From Octopus bimaculoides (taxonomy: Eukaryota): a stretch of 64,000 nucleotides of DNA. The DNA lies in the NCBI RefSeq assembly GCF_001194135.2, contig NC_068991.1, positions 43,658,408 to 43,722,407 on the forward strand, given 5' to 3'. The notes under the pieces were generated by a model, which saw nothing but the letters and a program-made list of their open reading frames with translations, had not been told where the DNA came from and did no database searches. The position numbers and the translations under genes were made by a program. How positions within the stretch are numbered: the first letter of the stretch is position 1; each line of letters opens with the position of its first letter. Of the stretch, positions 1 to 12,449 are shown one piece after another.

Positions 1-130
1 TTTCCATGCTAGCGTGGGTTGGATGATTTGACTGAGGACTGGTGAAACCAGATGGCTACACCAGGCACCAATCTGATTTGGCACAGTTTCTACAGCTGGA
101 TGGACTTCCTAACGCCAAGCACTCAGAAAG
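1..130 (-). mobile_element. 3' part of the (GAT)n-tailed SINE-like repeat abundant in this window
   Basis: Reverse complement of the copy at 17930-18108 (ttccatgctagc...ggttggatgatttgactgaggactggtgaa...). Confidence 0.75.
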
Positions 131-499
131 TGTATATAATCCATATAAGAAGACAAAGAGTTTATCACATCTTTAATGGCCATTTACAATTGTTTTATAC
201 CACTGTTTTTAATGCCAATTCACCTAAAAGTTCCAAGTGAAAAGTTATGCAATCATCATCATCATTTAGCATCCGTGTTGACTGGAACTAGTAAGCTGGA
301 GAGCTACACCAGGCTCCAGTCTGTTTTGGGTTTGGTTTCTACAGCTGTTTGCCCTTCCGAACACCAACCACTCCATAGAGTGTACTGAATGTCTTCTACA
401 TGTCATTGGCATGGGTGCTTTAATGTGTTACCAGCATGGGTGCCTTACACAGGTCACTGGCACTGGCCATGACTACAACTTCATTATGCTTGACACGTC

Positions 500-800
500 T
501 TCTCAAGCACAGCAAATTGCCAAATCACTTGTCATCACCTCCATGAGACTCAACACCCAAAGATCATATTTCATCACCTCATCCTACATCTTCTTGGGTC
601 TACCACATCCACAGGTTCCCTGCACAGTTAGAGATGGGCACTTCTTTACACAGCTGTCCTTGTACATACACATCATATGGCCATACCAGCAGAGTCTTTT
701 CTCTTGCACACTATATCTGATGCCACCTATACTCAATTTTTCTCTTAAGACACTTACACTCTACTGTATGTGCACACCAACATTTTGTGGTTTTAAACAT
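500..800 (-). mobile_element. RTE-clade LINE 3' fragment
   Basis: Homologous to 3340-3600 and 25560-25860 (ggcacttctttacacagctgtc...catcatatggccataccag). Confidence 0.75.
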
Positions 801-930
801 TAAAACATTAGAGTGGCACTTCGTCAAGCTTGCATCAAAGGTGCACTCTTACATTGTACATCTGATATGATGACAGGGGTTGAGTGCTGATTTGGAACTA
901 CCTTATCTTTTTGCCTTACCAGGACATACA

Positions 931-961
<31 letters not shown>

Positions 962-1017
962 TGTGGAAATGTACTTGCATAGCAAGTGACCTGATCTGAG
1001 ATCGTGTGCTGAAACAA

Positions 1018-1303
1018 AAACAATGCAGCATGGAAGGTGTTTACAAGCCATTTAAAAACACACAGAAACTGTTAGATTCACTTTAACATTTAAATTTAAT
1101 TTGTCAAAATATTTTTGTCACTTTGAAACTGCGACCTGTTTACTGACAAAATTCCATGCTGCACAGAATTTTGTCAGTGAACAGGTTGCGGTTTCAAAGC
1201 AACAAAAATATTTTGACAAATTGAATTTAAATGCTGAAGTGAATCTAACGGTTTTTGTGTGTTTTTAAATGGCTTATAAACACCTTCCACACTGCAATTG
1301 TTT
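1018..1303. repeat. Long palindrome, about 135-bp arms with an 11-nt loop (MITE-like)
   Basis: 1018-1154 is the reverse complement of 1166-1303 with scattered mismatches. Confidence 0.85.
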
Positions 1304-1547
1304 ATATATATATATTTACTTGGAAATGGATGCGTGGCGTTCAATTAAATAATAATATAAATAATATATATATATATATATTTATATTTATATTGTGGAA
1401 ATGTACTTGCATAGCAANNNNNNNNNNNNNNNNNNNNNNNNNNNNNNNNNNNNNNNNNNNNNNNNNNNNNNNNNNNNNNNNNNNNNNNNNNNNNNNNNNN
1501 NNNNNNNNNNNNNNNNNNNNNNNNNNNNNNNNNNNNNNNNNNNNNNN

Positions 1548-1604
<57 letters not shown>

Positions 1605-2264
1605 TATATATATACAGGATGGTATGACAAAATTTGGTAGGCTGCAGGGCTGCATCAACTTCCAGTATCAGCTTTGGAATGGTTTCTATGGCTGGATATA
1701 ATTTCTACTGCCAACCACTTTACAGGGTGCATAGTTTTCTTTTTTTTTTCTTCTTTTTCTGAGTGTCACTGGCACTAGTGAGGTTGATGAGTAACTTGTA
1801 AGACAGGAAAAGAACAAGAAAAATCTCCCTTGACTAAGTGGAGGGAGTATTCAAAGTGTGAAGGTGGTTTTGTATGATAGAGGGACAAGCACAGGTGTCT
1901 TGCCATAAACCAGATACAGGACTACTCAGCATTATATAAGAGTGGGTGGGAATAGCTGGGAAGAAGCTAAGATAGAAGTGATGGGTGCCAGAGCAAGCAA
2001 GGAGGTGAGCAACCAGGAGAGGGTATGGAGAGGTGATCAGGAGGGGGTAGGAGGGGTTTGGATTGAGTTATAAGAGTGTGAAAGCAGAGTAACAGATAGA
2101 GATGGGGCTAGAGGTGAATGTAGTGGGTGCTGGACAGAGGTAGAGGTGTGGCTTGATGGGAAATATCAGTTGGAGGTAAGGTTAGAGAAAGAGAAGTGGC
2201 TCAGAGATGATAGATCAGGAAGAAGGGGAAGACATGTATCCAGAGATTGCACGAGGGACACTGT

Positions 2265-3830
2265 ATGGAATTTCTCCCTACACCTTCCCTACAAACTAAG
2301 TGAGATCATGAGCATATAGGAGCAGCCAGTCTTAAATTCCTCTGTTATGACCTGGAAGACAATGACGAATAGGAGGGGACTGAGAACAGAGCCCTGGTGA
2401 ATTCCTACCTACACTCTAAATTAATCACTGAACACACGGCTACCTCTCATCTTACTGATAGCACCCCTGTATATGGGTTGTACAGCTTCCACAAGCCATT
2501 CACTTATCTCTAGGCCACCAGATCACACAGTGGGGACTCTGTCAAAAGCTCTCTCAAGGTCAGTGAATGCTAAGTACAATTTACTCTTAACTAAATACTT
2601 CTCCTGCAGTTGTCTAAAAAGATGGCATCAGTAGTACTTCTCTTTGGTACAAAAACAAACTGCACTTCATTTTGTTCTAATTTAACTGAGCTGTAATTAC
2701 TCTAAGGCATCTCCTTTACCCTCGTAACAGCTGTTACACTTTGATTCAGAGCATCTGGAGGGCGATATGTAGTACAACCTAGCTAAAACCAAAGTCCTAA
2801 TAAGTAGCAAGGTACACAAAACACAAACGATTTCAGGTAGATATGGCCCTGCTCAATCTGTAGAAAAGGCGTAAGTAGAAACTCTGTAAGATGTACCCAG
2901 TGTAAGCTATGGACACATAAGAGGTGCAGCAATATCAAAGGAAGGTTAACTAAGAGGTTAGTTTTTGTATGTGGCAGATATTCAGGAGCAATAAACACTG
3001 AAAATGTGCAAAAAACAACTTTGGCCACATTCCAGGGAGAAAAACTAGACGTAGTTGATACCATCCGCTATCTAGGTGACCAAGTTAGTAGTGGGGGAGG
3101 GTGCGCTGAAAGAATGGCCTGGGCAAATTTCAGAGAGCTCTTACCTCTGCTGGTGACAAAGGACCTCTCACTCAGAGTAAAAGGCAGACTGTATGACGCA
3201 TGTGTACGAACCGCCATGCTACATGGTAGTGAAACATGAGCCGTGACTGCTGAGGACATGCGTAAGCTCGCAAGGAATGAAGCCAGTATGCTCCGATGGA
3301 TGTGTAATGTCAGTGTGCATACTCGACAGAGTGTAAGTACCTTGAGAGAAAAGTTGAACCTAAGAAGCATCAGTTGTGGTGTGCAAGAGAGACGATTGCA
3401 CTGGTATGGTCATGTGGTGAGAATGGATGAGGATAGCTGTGTGAAAAAGTGCCACACCCTAGCGGTTGAGGGAACCTATGGAAGAGGTAGACCCGAAAGA
3501 CCTTTGATGAGGTGGTGAAGCACGACCTTCGAACATTGGGCCTCATCAAGGCAATGACTTCTGACCGAGACCTTTGGAAATATGCTGTGTGTGAGAAGAC
3601 CCAGCAAGCCAAGTGAGACCATAATCTAAGGCCTCTGCCAGGGATGTAGCCAGCCCACTTATGTGTACCTTCCCTTCACTGGACACTAAACTCTGTTTGC
3701 GAAGACCTGTTGAGGCAAGTGAAATCGAAATCGAGCTAAAGTCGATGACTGGCACCCATGCCAACGTCTCCTTCATTGGACACTAAACTCGGCTTGCGAA
3801 GACCTGTTAGGACAAGTGAAAATGAAATCG
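2265..3830 (+). mobile_element. Degenerate RTE-clade LINE with an inverted 5' segment
   Basis: Plus strand from about 2775: NLAKTKVL...WPCSICRKG...YLGDQV...CVRTAMLHGSET...RLHWYGHVVRM...GRGRP. Minus strand 2265-2770: upstream RT motifs (KGDAL, STTDAI, LAFTDLERAFDRVP, HQGSVLSPLLF, LYAHDL). Confidence 0.8.
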
Positions 3831-4318
3831 TGATGGCACTTGTACCTTTTGCAATCTCATGAACTTAACCTGCCCACTCACCCTATCCATAAGTGCTGTT
3901 TCACTTATATATACACCTCTCTATCACTTGAGTGTATGCCCCAACACATCTTCATCACCATCTCTCTCTCTCTCTCACTGGGGGGAGATGGTGATACATG
4001 GCTACTCCAACTGGAATAGTCATGAATCTCCTCTATTGTAAGACACCTGTTTCAGTCTCTCTATTCATACATTAACCTCCCATTACCTGGCACAAAACCA
4101 CCACCCTCAGCATCACTCACCACTTATTTGAAGGGTCTTGTCTTGCAAGTTACTTGGTGACCTCATTGCTGTTAGTGCCTCATAAAAAGCACTGAGTTAC
4201 ACTCTGTGAAGTGGCTGGCATTACAAAGGGTATCCAACCATAGGCAACATGCCAAAGCAGACAGCAGAGCCTGATGCAGTATTCCGAATTGCCAGCATGG
4301 AAGAACATTAAATGATGA

Positions 4319-4352
<34 letters not shown>

Positions 4353-5075
4353 NNNNNNNNNNNNNNNNNNNNNNNNNNNNNNNNNNNNNNNNNNNNNNNN
4401 NNNNNNNNNNNNNNNNNNNNNNNNNNNNNNNNNNNNNNNNNNNNNNNNNNNNTGTGCATATACATGCATGGATACGTGCATGTACATGCACATACACATG
4501 AGCATATATGTATACATAAATATGTACACATGAACATAAATATGTACTTATACATAAATATGTACACATACACACAAAGTTATATTCATACATTATATAT
4601 ACATTAGACACACGCACATATACATAATTACATATATACTCACGCACACACAAATGTACTTATATATTTATACAAACATGTATAAATACACACGCATACA
4701 CACACATATACACACGTGCGCGCGCATAGACACACACACGAAAGATACGCATATGGTAGTAGCATTTTTCAATATCCATGTAAAGATTGCCAAATTCAGA
4801 ATCAGGCATAAAAGGAGGTAAAACTAAGCTAGTACTGAAAATGGGAGATTTGTTATTAAAAAAAAAGTGGGGGCTGGAAAGAAGATGAAACAAATGAGTT
4901 ACGAATGGTTCATAGTCCGGAAAGGACGACAGCTGACAAGTTTCAAGTAGTTTTTAGATACACGAACATTGCTTGTATGTTGGGATATCTATATTCTTCC
5001 CACTCCCCGTCAATGGAGGCATACATTCAAGAATAATCTAGTTAGCCCTTCTAACCGAACCTTCTTAGAAAATTG

Positions 5076-5109
<34 letters not shown>

Positions 5110-5463
5110 ACACACACAAATACTAATAATAGATGTAATTAGACAACTTAATTCCTAAATTTATGGAGAAGAAACTTTGCAGGAAATTGGGAATAAATAA
5201 CAGCAAGGTGGTTGTTACGAAAGAGACACATAGTTAGAAAGAAGTACAAAACATAACATTGTGAGCGAATAGGGAAGAAGATTATAAAACTCGCTTAACT
5301 CTTAATTCTCTCTTTCGCACAACTATGCTCAATCTCTCTTTATTTCCGATAAAAACACATATGGAACAGAGCAATGGAAAAAGGAGAACTAAAATGAAAG
5401 GAAATATGTAACAATAAAATAGAAACTTAGCTGTTGCTAAATAATAAACTATTGATTACTTAC

Positions 5464-5502
5464 CATATCGTATACGTTCAGGACGACAGGTTCCTGAGCC
5501 AT
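5464..5502 (-). CDS. DESI2: Desumoylating isopeptidase 2 (PPPDE peptidase), first coding exon; remaining exons lie left of the window
   Basis: Reverse complement reads ATG GCT CAG GAA CCT GTC GTC CTG AAC GTA TAC GAT ATG|GTAAGT = MAQEPVVLNVYDM with a consensus phase-0 donor. VVLNVYDM is the DESI2 N-terminus as I recall it. No exon 2 (YW.NEY..HSG) was found in 1-5463. Confidence 0.85.
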
Positions 5503-6223
5503 AGTTTAGCTAATTCAGACAAAGGATCCAAGCAAATAGTACTTTGAAGACAGTTTTTCAGACCAATGGGCTAGTTATTCTACGCACACATTCGTATGTT
5601 ATCTATACACCCACATATAATGATATATATTGGAATTATACATATGTATATAGCTTTTGAAGTTGAGAACTTACATACAAATAAATGTGTGTACTCACAC
5701 GTGTACAAATAGATTGGAGGTACTCATTTTCTAAACATTGTTCCAATATATAATTGACTAGAATGGTTTTGTTAAAGTGCAATCCATGCATTGAATAAAG
5801 CAATAGTATTTGGAACAAGAGTCAAACCAGGAAGTTCGTCGTCTTTCGGGGTTCTTTTACACAAAAAATGTGTTTTTTTTTTTTAATCTTAATTCTTTCG
5901 ATATTAAAAATATTTCGTGAGTTAGATGAAATGTAATAAAGTTTGTAAAGAAGGAAACGAAAAAAATAATAACAGAAATTTTTCAAGTAAGTTACCTTAA
6001 TAATAATATAGTAATAATAATGGTGATCTGTTTTGCAATTCGCTTCCAATGACAACAACCTCCGTTAATATTATAGAACCAAGGAAGGAAATATCAAAAG
6101 AAAATCTTTAAGATACACCGAAAAGGAAGAAGTATAAATTAAAGAACACAGCAAAATTATTTTCCCTGCTTATATATATGTACATCAGCATGTATATTTG
6201 TAACGTTTGAGTCAGGGTGTGTA

Positions 6224-6263
<40 letters not shown>

Positions 6264-6279
6264 NNNNNNNNNNNNNNNN

Positions 6280-6322
<43 letters not shown>

Positions 6323-6987
6323 GTTCAAGGCAAATCCTTCTTAAAGGCAAGGAACGATTGGGGCAAGAATCCTGTTTTCAAGTATTCGTTTGGATCAGAA
6401 ATTCTCTTTTAAGGAAGGCATTGACCGCCAGCAAACTGCGAAGGATAATAGAAGCATGGAACTGTGGTTCGCTCTGAAAATAAATCCTGGTTACGGTTGC
6501 CCCTGAAACAGTTTACCAAACCACGCGCGGGCAATCCTTTTCCTTCGATAAAACAAAACAACCATCTCTCTTCGAGAGCGAATAGGTTCGTTTTCTTTTT
6601 CTTCAATTGCAACTTAACCCTGGAGAAGGTACTCTCTATAACAATTTCCCATGCCGCAGAAATACAATAGTTTTCATCTCTTTTCTTTTCTTTTTTCCCC
6701 AACTATGATGCCGAATTTCTTTCCCAGTCAGAATCTGTACGCGTATGAGTACTACATCACAAATTTTGCTTAAATTCGCACACACACAAATTTATTGTAT
6801 AACTAGCGTAAAACGTCATAGCTACACATATTCTATGAAACTCACAGTTCTGTACATATTTAGTGTACTGTAAATGATCTCGTCCTGTAGATGTTGTTGT
6901 TTTGTTTTTGTAAAGCAGCATTGAGAAACAGCAAAGAAAGTAAAACACCTCAGGGGGAAAAATAAGGATACATTGAACGCTTCCATC
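5503..6987. promoter_or_regulatory. Putative bidirectional promoter and 5' UTRs shared by DESI2 (-) and BCKDHA (+)
   Basis: 1485 bp between two divergent ATGs. CpG dinucleotides are visibly retained here (e.g. ccacgcgcgg near 6521) compared with the CpG-depleted introns. Transcription starts cannot be seen. Confidence 0.6.
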
Positions 6988-7095
6988 ATGACTAGCTACT
7001 TTGGCAGAAAATGCCTTCAGAATTGTTTCAGATTGTTGAAATACCAGAATGTTAAAGTACCTTTACAATCATCACGCCATATTAGTGTTTCACCT
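6988..7095 (+). CDS. BCKDHA: BCKDHA exon 1 (mitochondrial targeting peptide)
   Basis: catcATG...TCACCT|GTAAGT encodes MTSYFGRKCLQNCFRLLKYQNVKVPLQSSRHISVSP: 36 codons, basic, no D/E, presequence-like. Its phase-0 donor fits the phase-0 acceptor at 28004. The link is inferred because presequences are poorly conserved. Confidence 0.75.
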
Positions 7096-8069
7096 GTAAG
7101 TATTATTATTTATATGAATGTAAATAACAAGTTTCTCATAGCTAAGGAAGCTGCTCTCTTTTGATGTTTTATGTGTGAAGAAAACATTTTGTATGGGACA
7201 AAGGGAGCTGTAGAATTAATTTAATGACCTCGGCCGACAACTTACCATTTACAAAACAAAGAAAAGATTAAGTGGTCAACGCCGCTGACATTTAAACAAA
7301 GCACTAAGCAATATGAAGTCCTTAGTTTTTGTTTATTGTAACAATTCTTTCATTTATATGTATATATGTGACGTGTATGTAATATTAATGAGTTTGTTTT
7401 TGTGACCGAGAAAGTTAAAGTCGAGGTTTTCACCTTGAACAAATATAGCAGACCTCTTAATCTAACGCGGTGACTTTTACGTAGTTACTCGACCTGCTAG
7501 AAATATAACCAAACAGCCACCTAATTACACTCTACCATCATAAATCAAGCAAGGACATAATGAGGAGTGTAGCCACAAACTGCAAAAAAGGCAGAGTGAT
7601 CGTGGTTGGAACACCTTTGCTATTAGTCTGCTTCATCAGGGCTGGCCCGGAACTGAATAATAACGTGCAAGACGTAAATTTTACAGTATCTTTTATATTG
7701 CTGAAGCTTGGTGTTGCCTTCAGAGTTCAACTAATCTAAATAATGCAGTTTAGGCTGATTAGGGCTGTGCAGGCCCTTACTATTTATTTGTATCTTTTGG
7801 GGGTACTTACTCAAGCGTGAATCCTTTTAATCTCCTCTAAACTTTATAATTATTTTCTTAGATTACGAATGCATTTATATATTAGTTACATAGATGAAAA
7901 AAAATTATGAGTATCTTGTAATCGAGCAAAATCTTGTCAGTTTATTTGGAAATTGGTCCTGAATGATGAGATTTTTGCGAAATCGAAAAACCACCTTCCC
8001 CTCCTAGCAAAGCAATGCACTGGTGCCGTATAGTATTTACTTATTGACAGTAAACCACAGCATACATAG

Positions 8070-8975
8070 ATCAACGTTTATTCTGTCTGATTGCCCTCCT
8101 CCTCTCGTGGTGGCTTCCAGTATTTCCCAATGTTCACCACTTTGCCATTTCTGCGCACCCACTTCGCTGTGTCGTCCCCCGATTGCTTAGCCTGATCTTG
8201 TTTCTCTTTGAACTCCTTGAACAATGCTTCTTCCTCTTTCCTCTCTGAGGGTGTCATGTCTTTTCTCGCACTGACGTTTCTGATCAGCTTGGGTTCATCC
8301 TCTTCATCTTGTTTTTTTTTTTGCTGCTTTCTTAACTTTCCAGAAAGCTTGGAGAACTTCATCCCTGGAGTGTTGGTTGGAGAACAAAAGCCTCAGTGGT
8401 CTAGGATTCTTTGCTTTTGTTTTTGCTACTACAAGGTTTCCAAGTCTGCGGACATCTTTTGGGTCATGCAGGCTATCCAAGCAGTCAGTCTCTTCCATGA
8501 ACTTCTTTACAATGCCAACATCTTCCTGTCTTCTTTTCTCTTTATCTTCCATAGTTGGTTCATCCAGTCCAAATATGACCAAATTTTTTCTCCTTCATGC
8601 TCTGTCTTCCAACTCCTCTTTTTGCTCTCTAGCTTTCTTCTCCATCAATTTCTCAATGTCATTTTTACTAATATCTGCTCCTGACGTTTGATTTGCTGCA
8701 ACTCCTACCACTCACAATGTCTTCACTGCTTCTGCCATCTTAAGTGGAAATTTTCCCACTTCAGTCTTTTGAAGCCTGTTCTTCATTTCCTTCATTTCAC
8801 TCTCAAGAGAGTTCATTCTATCTTCCATCATGCCAAATCTAAGGAGGAACTTCCTGGCTAGCTTATTGCATGGTTTGGGACAATACCAATGGAGGCCAGA
8901 TTCCTGTTCCCTTTGATTTGCTTCTGCTCTGATTGCCTTGAACAGTGATTCGCCAAAACCCACACATTTTGCGTA
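8070..8975 (-). mobile_element. CR1-clade LINE ORF1 (PHD half, coiled coil, RRM-like), inverted relative to the adjacent RT
   Basis: Broken minus-strand ORFs: AKCVG...HWYCPKPC, DRMNSLESEMKEMK, VIFGLDE...VRRLG...PRPLRL...RNVSARKDMTPSER; stop at 8078. Confidence 0.8.
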
Positions 8976-8979
8976 CTTC

Positions 8980-10610
8980 CGGATGTACTCACTCTGCCAA
9001 TCTCAATTGTCTACAGAAAATCAGTGGAGACAAGCAAAATCCCAGATGAGTGGAGAACTGCTAACATGACCCCCATATTCAAGAAAGGGAGCCGTTTTGC
9101 AGTCAACAACTACAGGCCAGTAAGCTTGACCTGTGTACTGTGCAAGGTGATGGAGGTGCTTGTTCGTGAGCACATGATTTAACACCTGCGACGAAATGAC
9201 CTCATCAACCAAGAACAGCATGGGTTCACAAAGGAGAGATCATGTGTGACACAACTGCTTGACGTTCTTGACATCTGGACAGAGGTCTTGGATGCAGTGG
9301 GAGGAGACGATGCAATCTACATGGATTACATGAAAGTATTTGACAGCGTCCCACATCGTAGGCTTGTAGCCAAAGTAGAAGCTCATGGTATCAAGGGAAA
9401 TGTTTTTCACTGAATCCGGGACTTCTTGAGCCACTGGTCACAATGAGTCTGTGTCAATGGTATGAAGTCAGAGAGGGGAGAAGTGACAAGTGGCATCCCA
9501 CAAGGCAGTGTCATTGGCCCAATACAGTTTCTCATGTTTATAAACGATTTGCCTTGGCATGTCCAGAGCCACGTCAGGTTATTTGCTGACGACACAAAGA
9601 TCTTTGCAAGGAATGACGTTGATGTGACCATGGCAATACTGCAACACGACCTGATCGCCTTCACTAGTGGCCAGCGAACTGGCAAATGTGGTTCCATCCT
9701 GAGAAGTGTTCCATCTTGAGAGTGGGGAACCCGAAGACGAACAAGAAATACTACATGAGAGGCCAGGATGCACAGGTGGAACGGACTGTGGTGGAGCTAG
9801 CAGAAAGTGAGGTGGAGGGGGATCTTGGCGTCTTGATCGACAAAGAGCTGACCTTCATGAATCACATAAATCAAGCAACTGCAAAAGCAAATCAAATCCT
9901 TGGAGTCATCCGACGATCATTTGACTTCATCACTCCTGTTGTCTTCGTCCAGCTGTACAAGTCTCTAGTTTGCCAGATTCTTGAATATGAACACACAGTT
10001 TGGCAACCCTGGCTTAAGGCAATGTTGCGAGTTGGAGGATGTTCAGAGGCATGCCACCAAACTCATTGCATCCTAGAAAGAAAAGCCATACCTAGAGCGC
10101 TTGGCTGCACTAAACCTGCCTAGTCTCGAACATTGGGGATATGATCAACATGTATAAGTATATGCACAACCTGTACCTGACCAACTGCCCTCAATTCAAC
10201 TACTTCCAAGGCAGAAATACGTGAGGACACAGCCTGAAATTGGAAATATCACACTGCAAGCTCAACATTAGAAGCTGCTTTTTCCTACAGCGTGTGACCG
10301 CCACCTGGAACAGTCTGCCAAACAGTGTGGTCGCAGCTCCATCAGTCAATGCCTTCAAGAACAGGCTTGACGCACACTGGAGGGAGCTTCCTGCAAAATT
10401 TGACCCTGTCTGTTACTATTAACCACAACTGTCGAAGTGTTGCACCACACATGACAAATGAATTGTACTAGTAGAAAAGGACCTGTGAACAAGCTCCTAG
10501 GAGCTTCAACACAGAAACCATCCAGTATCCAGTAACATAGGGCCCCAAGAACTGTGCCTTTGAGCTTATGCCGCAACTCAACAGTGATCACTATTTGAAA
10601 AAAAAAAAGG
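8980..10610 (+). mobile_element. CR1-clade LINE ORF2 (RT to 3' end), frameshifted, ending in an A-run
   Basis: IPDEWRTANMTPIFKKG..NYRPVSLT, IYMDYMKVFD, GIPQGSVIGP, LFADDTK, DLGVLID, FFLQRVTATWNSLP...NAFKNRLD; A-run near 10598-10608; more GC-rich than the flanks. Confidence 0.92.
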
Positions 10611-11122
10611 TGGGTTTGGGGTTGACTGATTCTTAGATTTTCATGATTACAACCTTACTAGTTCTGCCATTCTTCCAGCCTCTTATACTGGGTGATTGAG
10701 CGATGAGGGTGTTTGAAATACTGGTGTTATTCATGAATAATAAAAGTAATTTATGTTCAAATTGCATTTGTGTTCTCATCTAAAGTGCATTTTGCACGAG
10801 AGTTTTTTTGTATTTTTTTTTTAACTCACTAGCGTAACTTACAAGGGCAATTAGGTCAGGGGTCAGTGTAGTGACCCCTGGCCATATTACAACTATTTTT
10901 TGTAATTTTTCTGAACAAACAAAAAGATGCAAGAAATTGTTTTTGTCAAGGAGCCATTTTATTATACCAGATATTGTGTTCATTTTAATATATTCATTGT
11001 ATATATTTGTAATGTTGCTCTGTGATAAAAATTATTCATGTAGTTGTCTCTTTTCATACCAAGTTCATAGCCTTCCGCGATTATAAATATTATGGTTTTG
11101 ACTTTCATTTATGTAACTATAT

Positions 11123-11315
11123 CAGTGGTTTCCACATGGGATCCTCTCAAATGTTACTAGGGGTCTGAGAGATATGTTCAAATTTTTAAAAGGTTGTATT
11201 GGGAGATGAAAGTGGGGAAAACGGGACCGTTAATAAAGTTGATTTGTTTAGTAGATAGACCTTTCAGAAGTCTATTGTCTTTGGAAAAATTCATTAAAAT
11301 TTTTGGGAACCACTT
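11123..11315. mobile_element. hAT-type MITE with an 8-bp target-site duplication
   Basis: Ends CAGTGGTTTCC...GGGAACCACTT, flanked by AACTATAT at 11115-11122 and 11316-11323. Confidence 0.8.
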
Positions 11316-11747
11316 AACTATATTATCTCACTATAGATGGACTGCTGCTGCTGTTACTAATATTACTTACTCGGTAGATAAATTGTCTGAAAGTTATTGA
11401 AGTCATAATCTCTTTACATTGCAAGATCACATTCATCAGTTGTTGATTTATAAATAACCATGGTATGTTAGGATCCGATTCACTCAATTATATTTCTCCA
11501 TATAATTCTGGAGCCTTGTCCCAATATAAGAAATTATTAGAGCAATTTTTCTTAACCTTAAAAATTACTTGATTTTACTTGTATTTTCATTATGTTTTAT
11601 CCCTATTTTTCAACTTTATTGACAGATTTTAACCCTATTTTAACCTTATTATTGTTAATAAATCCATAAACATTTGGGAGTTCACTCTAGTTTACATTAC
11701 TGAATGATATATGAATATTATTAAAACAATTTCTAAAAAAGCTATTA

Positions 11748-11900
11748 CAGTAATCCCTTGACTATCGCAGGTGTTACGTTCCAAAACCCCCTGCAATCGG
11801 TGAAAATCCAAGAAGTAGAAACAATACTGTACTGAATAATTCTTTTTTTATAAGCGACGTAAGCTTAAATAATAAACCGCGATATGGCGAGGGATTATTG
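11748..11900. mobile_element. Tigger/pogo-type MITE with TA TSD
   Basis: TA|CAGTAATCCCTTGACTATCGCAG ... CCGCGATATGGCGAGGGATTATTG|TA; about 24-bp imperfect TIRs. Confidence 0.8.
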
Positions 11901-11919
11901 TATTCTTTTATTTTTTTAC

Positions 11920-12335
11920 TTGTTTTTTACTTGTCATTGACTGTGGCCATGCTGGAGCACCACTTTTAGTTGAACAAATCAACCCCAGGACTTATTCTTT
12001 GTAAGCCTAGTACTTATCCTATCAGTCTCTTTTGTCAAAGCGCTAAGTTACGGGGTCATAAGCACACCAACATTGGTTGTCAAGTGATGGTGGGGAACAA
12101 ACATAGACACAAATATATACATATATACCATGGCTTCTTTCAGTTTCCATCTACCAAATCCACTCACAAGGCTTTGGTTGGCCCAAGGCTATAATAGAAG
12201 ATACTTGCCCAAGGTGCCATGCAGNNNNNNNNNNCTATAATAGAAGATACTTGCCCAAGGTGCCATGCAGTAGGACTGAACCTGGAACCATGTGGTTGGG
12301 AAGCAAGCTTCTTACCACAAAGCCATGCCTGTAGA
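11920..12335 (-). mobile_element. tRNA-derived SINE with a CORE-like domain (representative copy; others near 15575-15925, 17050-17230, 27390-27770, 29345-29730, 30180-30525, 32210-32380, 58300-58500, 63390-63560)
   Basis: Head ggctttgtggtaagaagcttgcttcccaaccacatggttccaggttcagtcc followed by gcaccttgggcaagt; many dispersed copies in the window. Confidence 0.8.
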
Positions 12336-12449
12336 AATTTATTATAGTACAATATGATATAATGCTTTATTTGTGGGCAAAAAATTCCTGTCTTTTACAA
12401 GGATTTTTTGCAGCATTGAAAAACAATGTTCTACAGTAGCTAATGTCAC

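Noticed and set aside
940-1417. Apparent direct duplication of atatatttatattgtggaaatgtacttgcatagcaa (near 950 and 1381)
   Set aside because: The second copy ends at an N gap after (TA)n. It is either another copy of the same repeat or a scaffolding overlap, and cannot be interpreted.
4750-4848. Minus-strand ttttcag|TAC TAG as a DESI2 exon 2 whose stop is edited to Trp (YW), or ORF TSLVLPPFMPDSEFGNLY as an exon
   Set aside because: After Y-W the frame gives LSFTSFYA*, unlike DESI2 (NEYTS..HSG). The alternative frame matches nothing I recognise and has no good donor.
12188-12272. Tandem duplication flanking a 10-N gap (same pattern at 25585-25665)
   Set aside because: Identical sequence on both sides of a nominal 10-N gap is a typical unmerged contig overlap.
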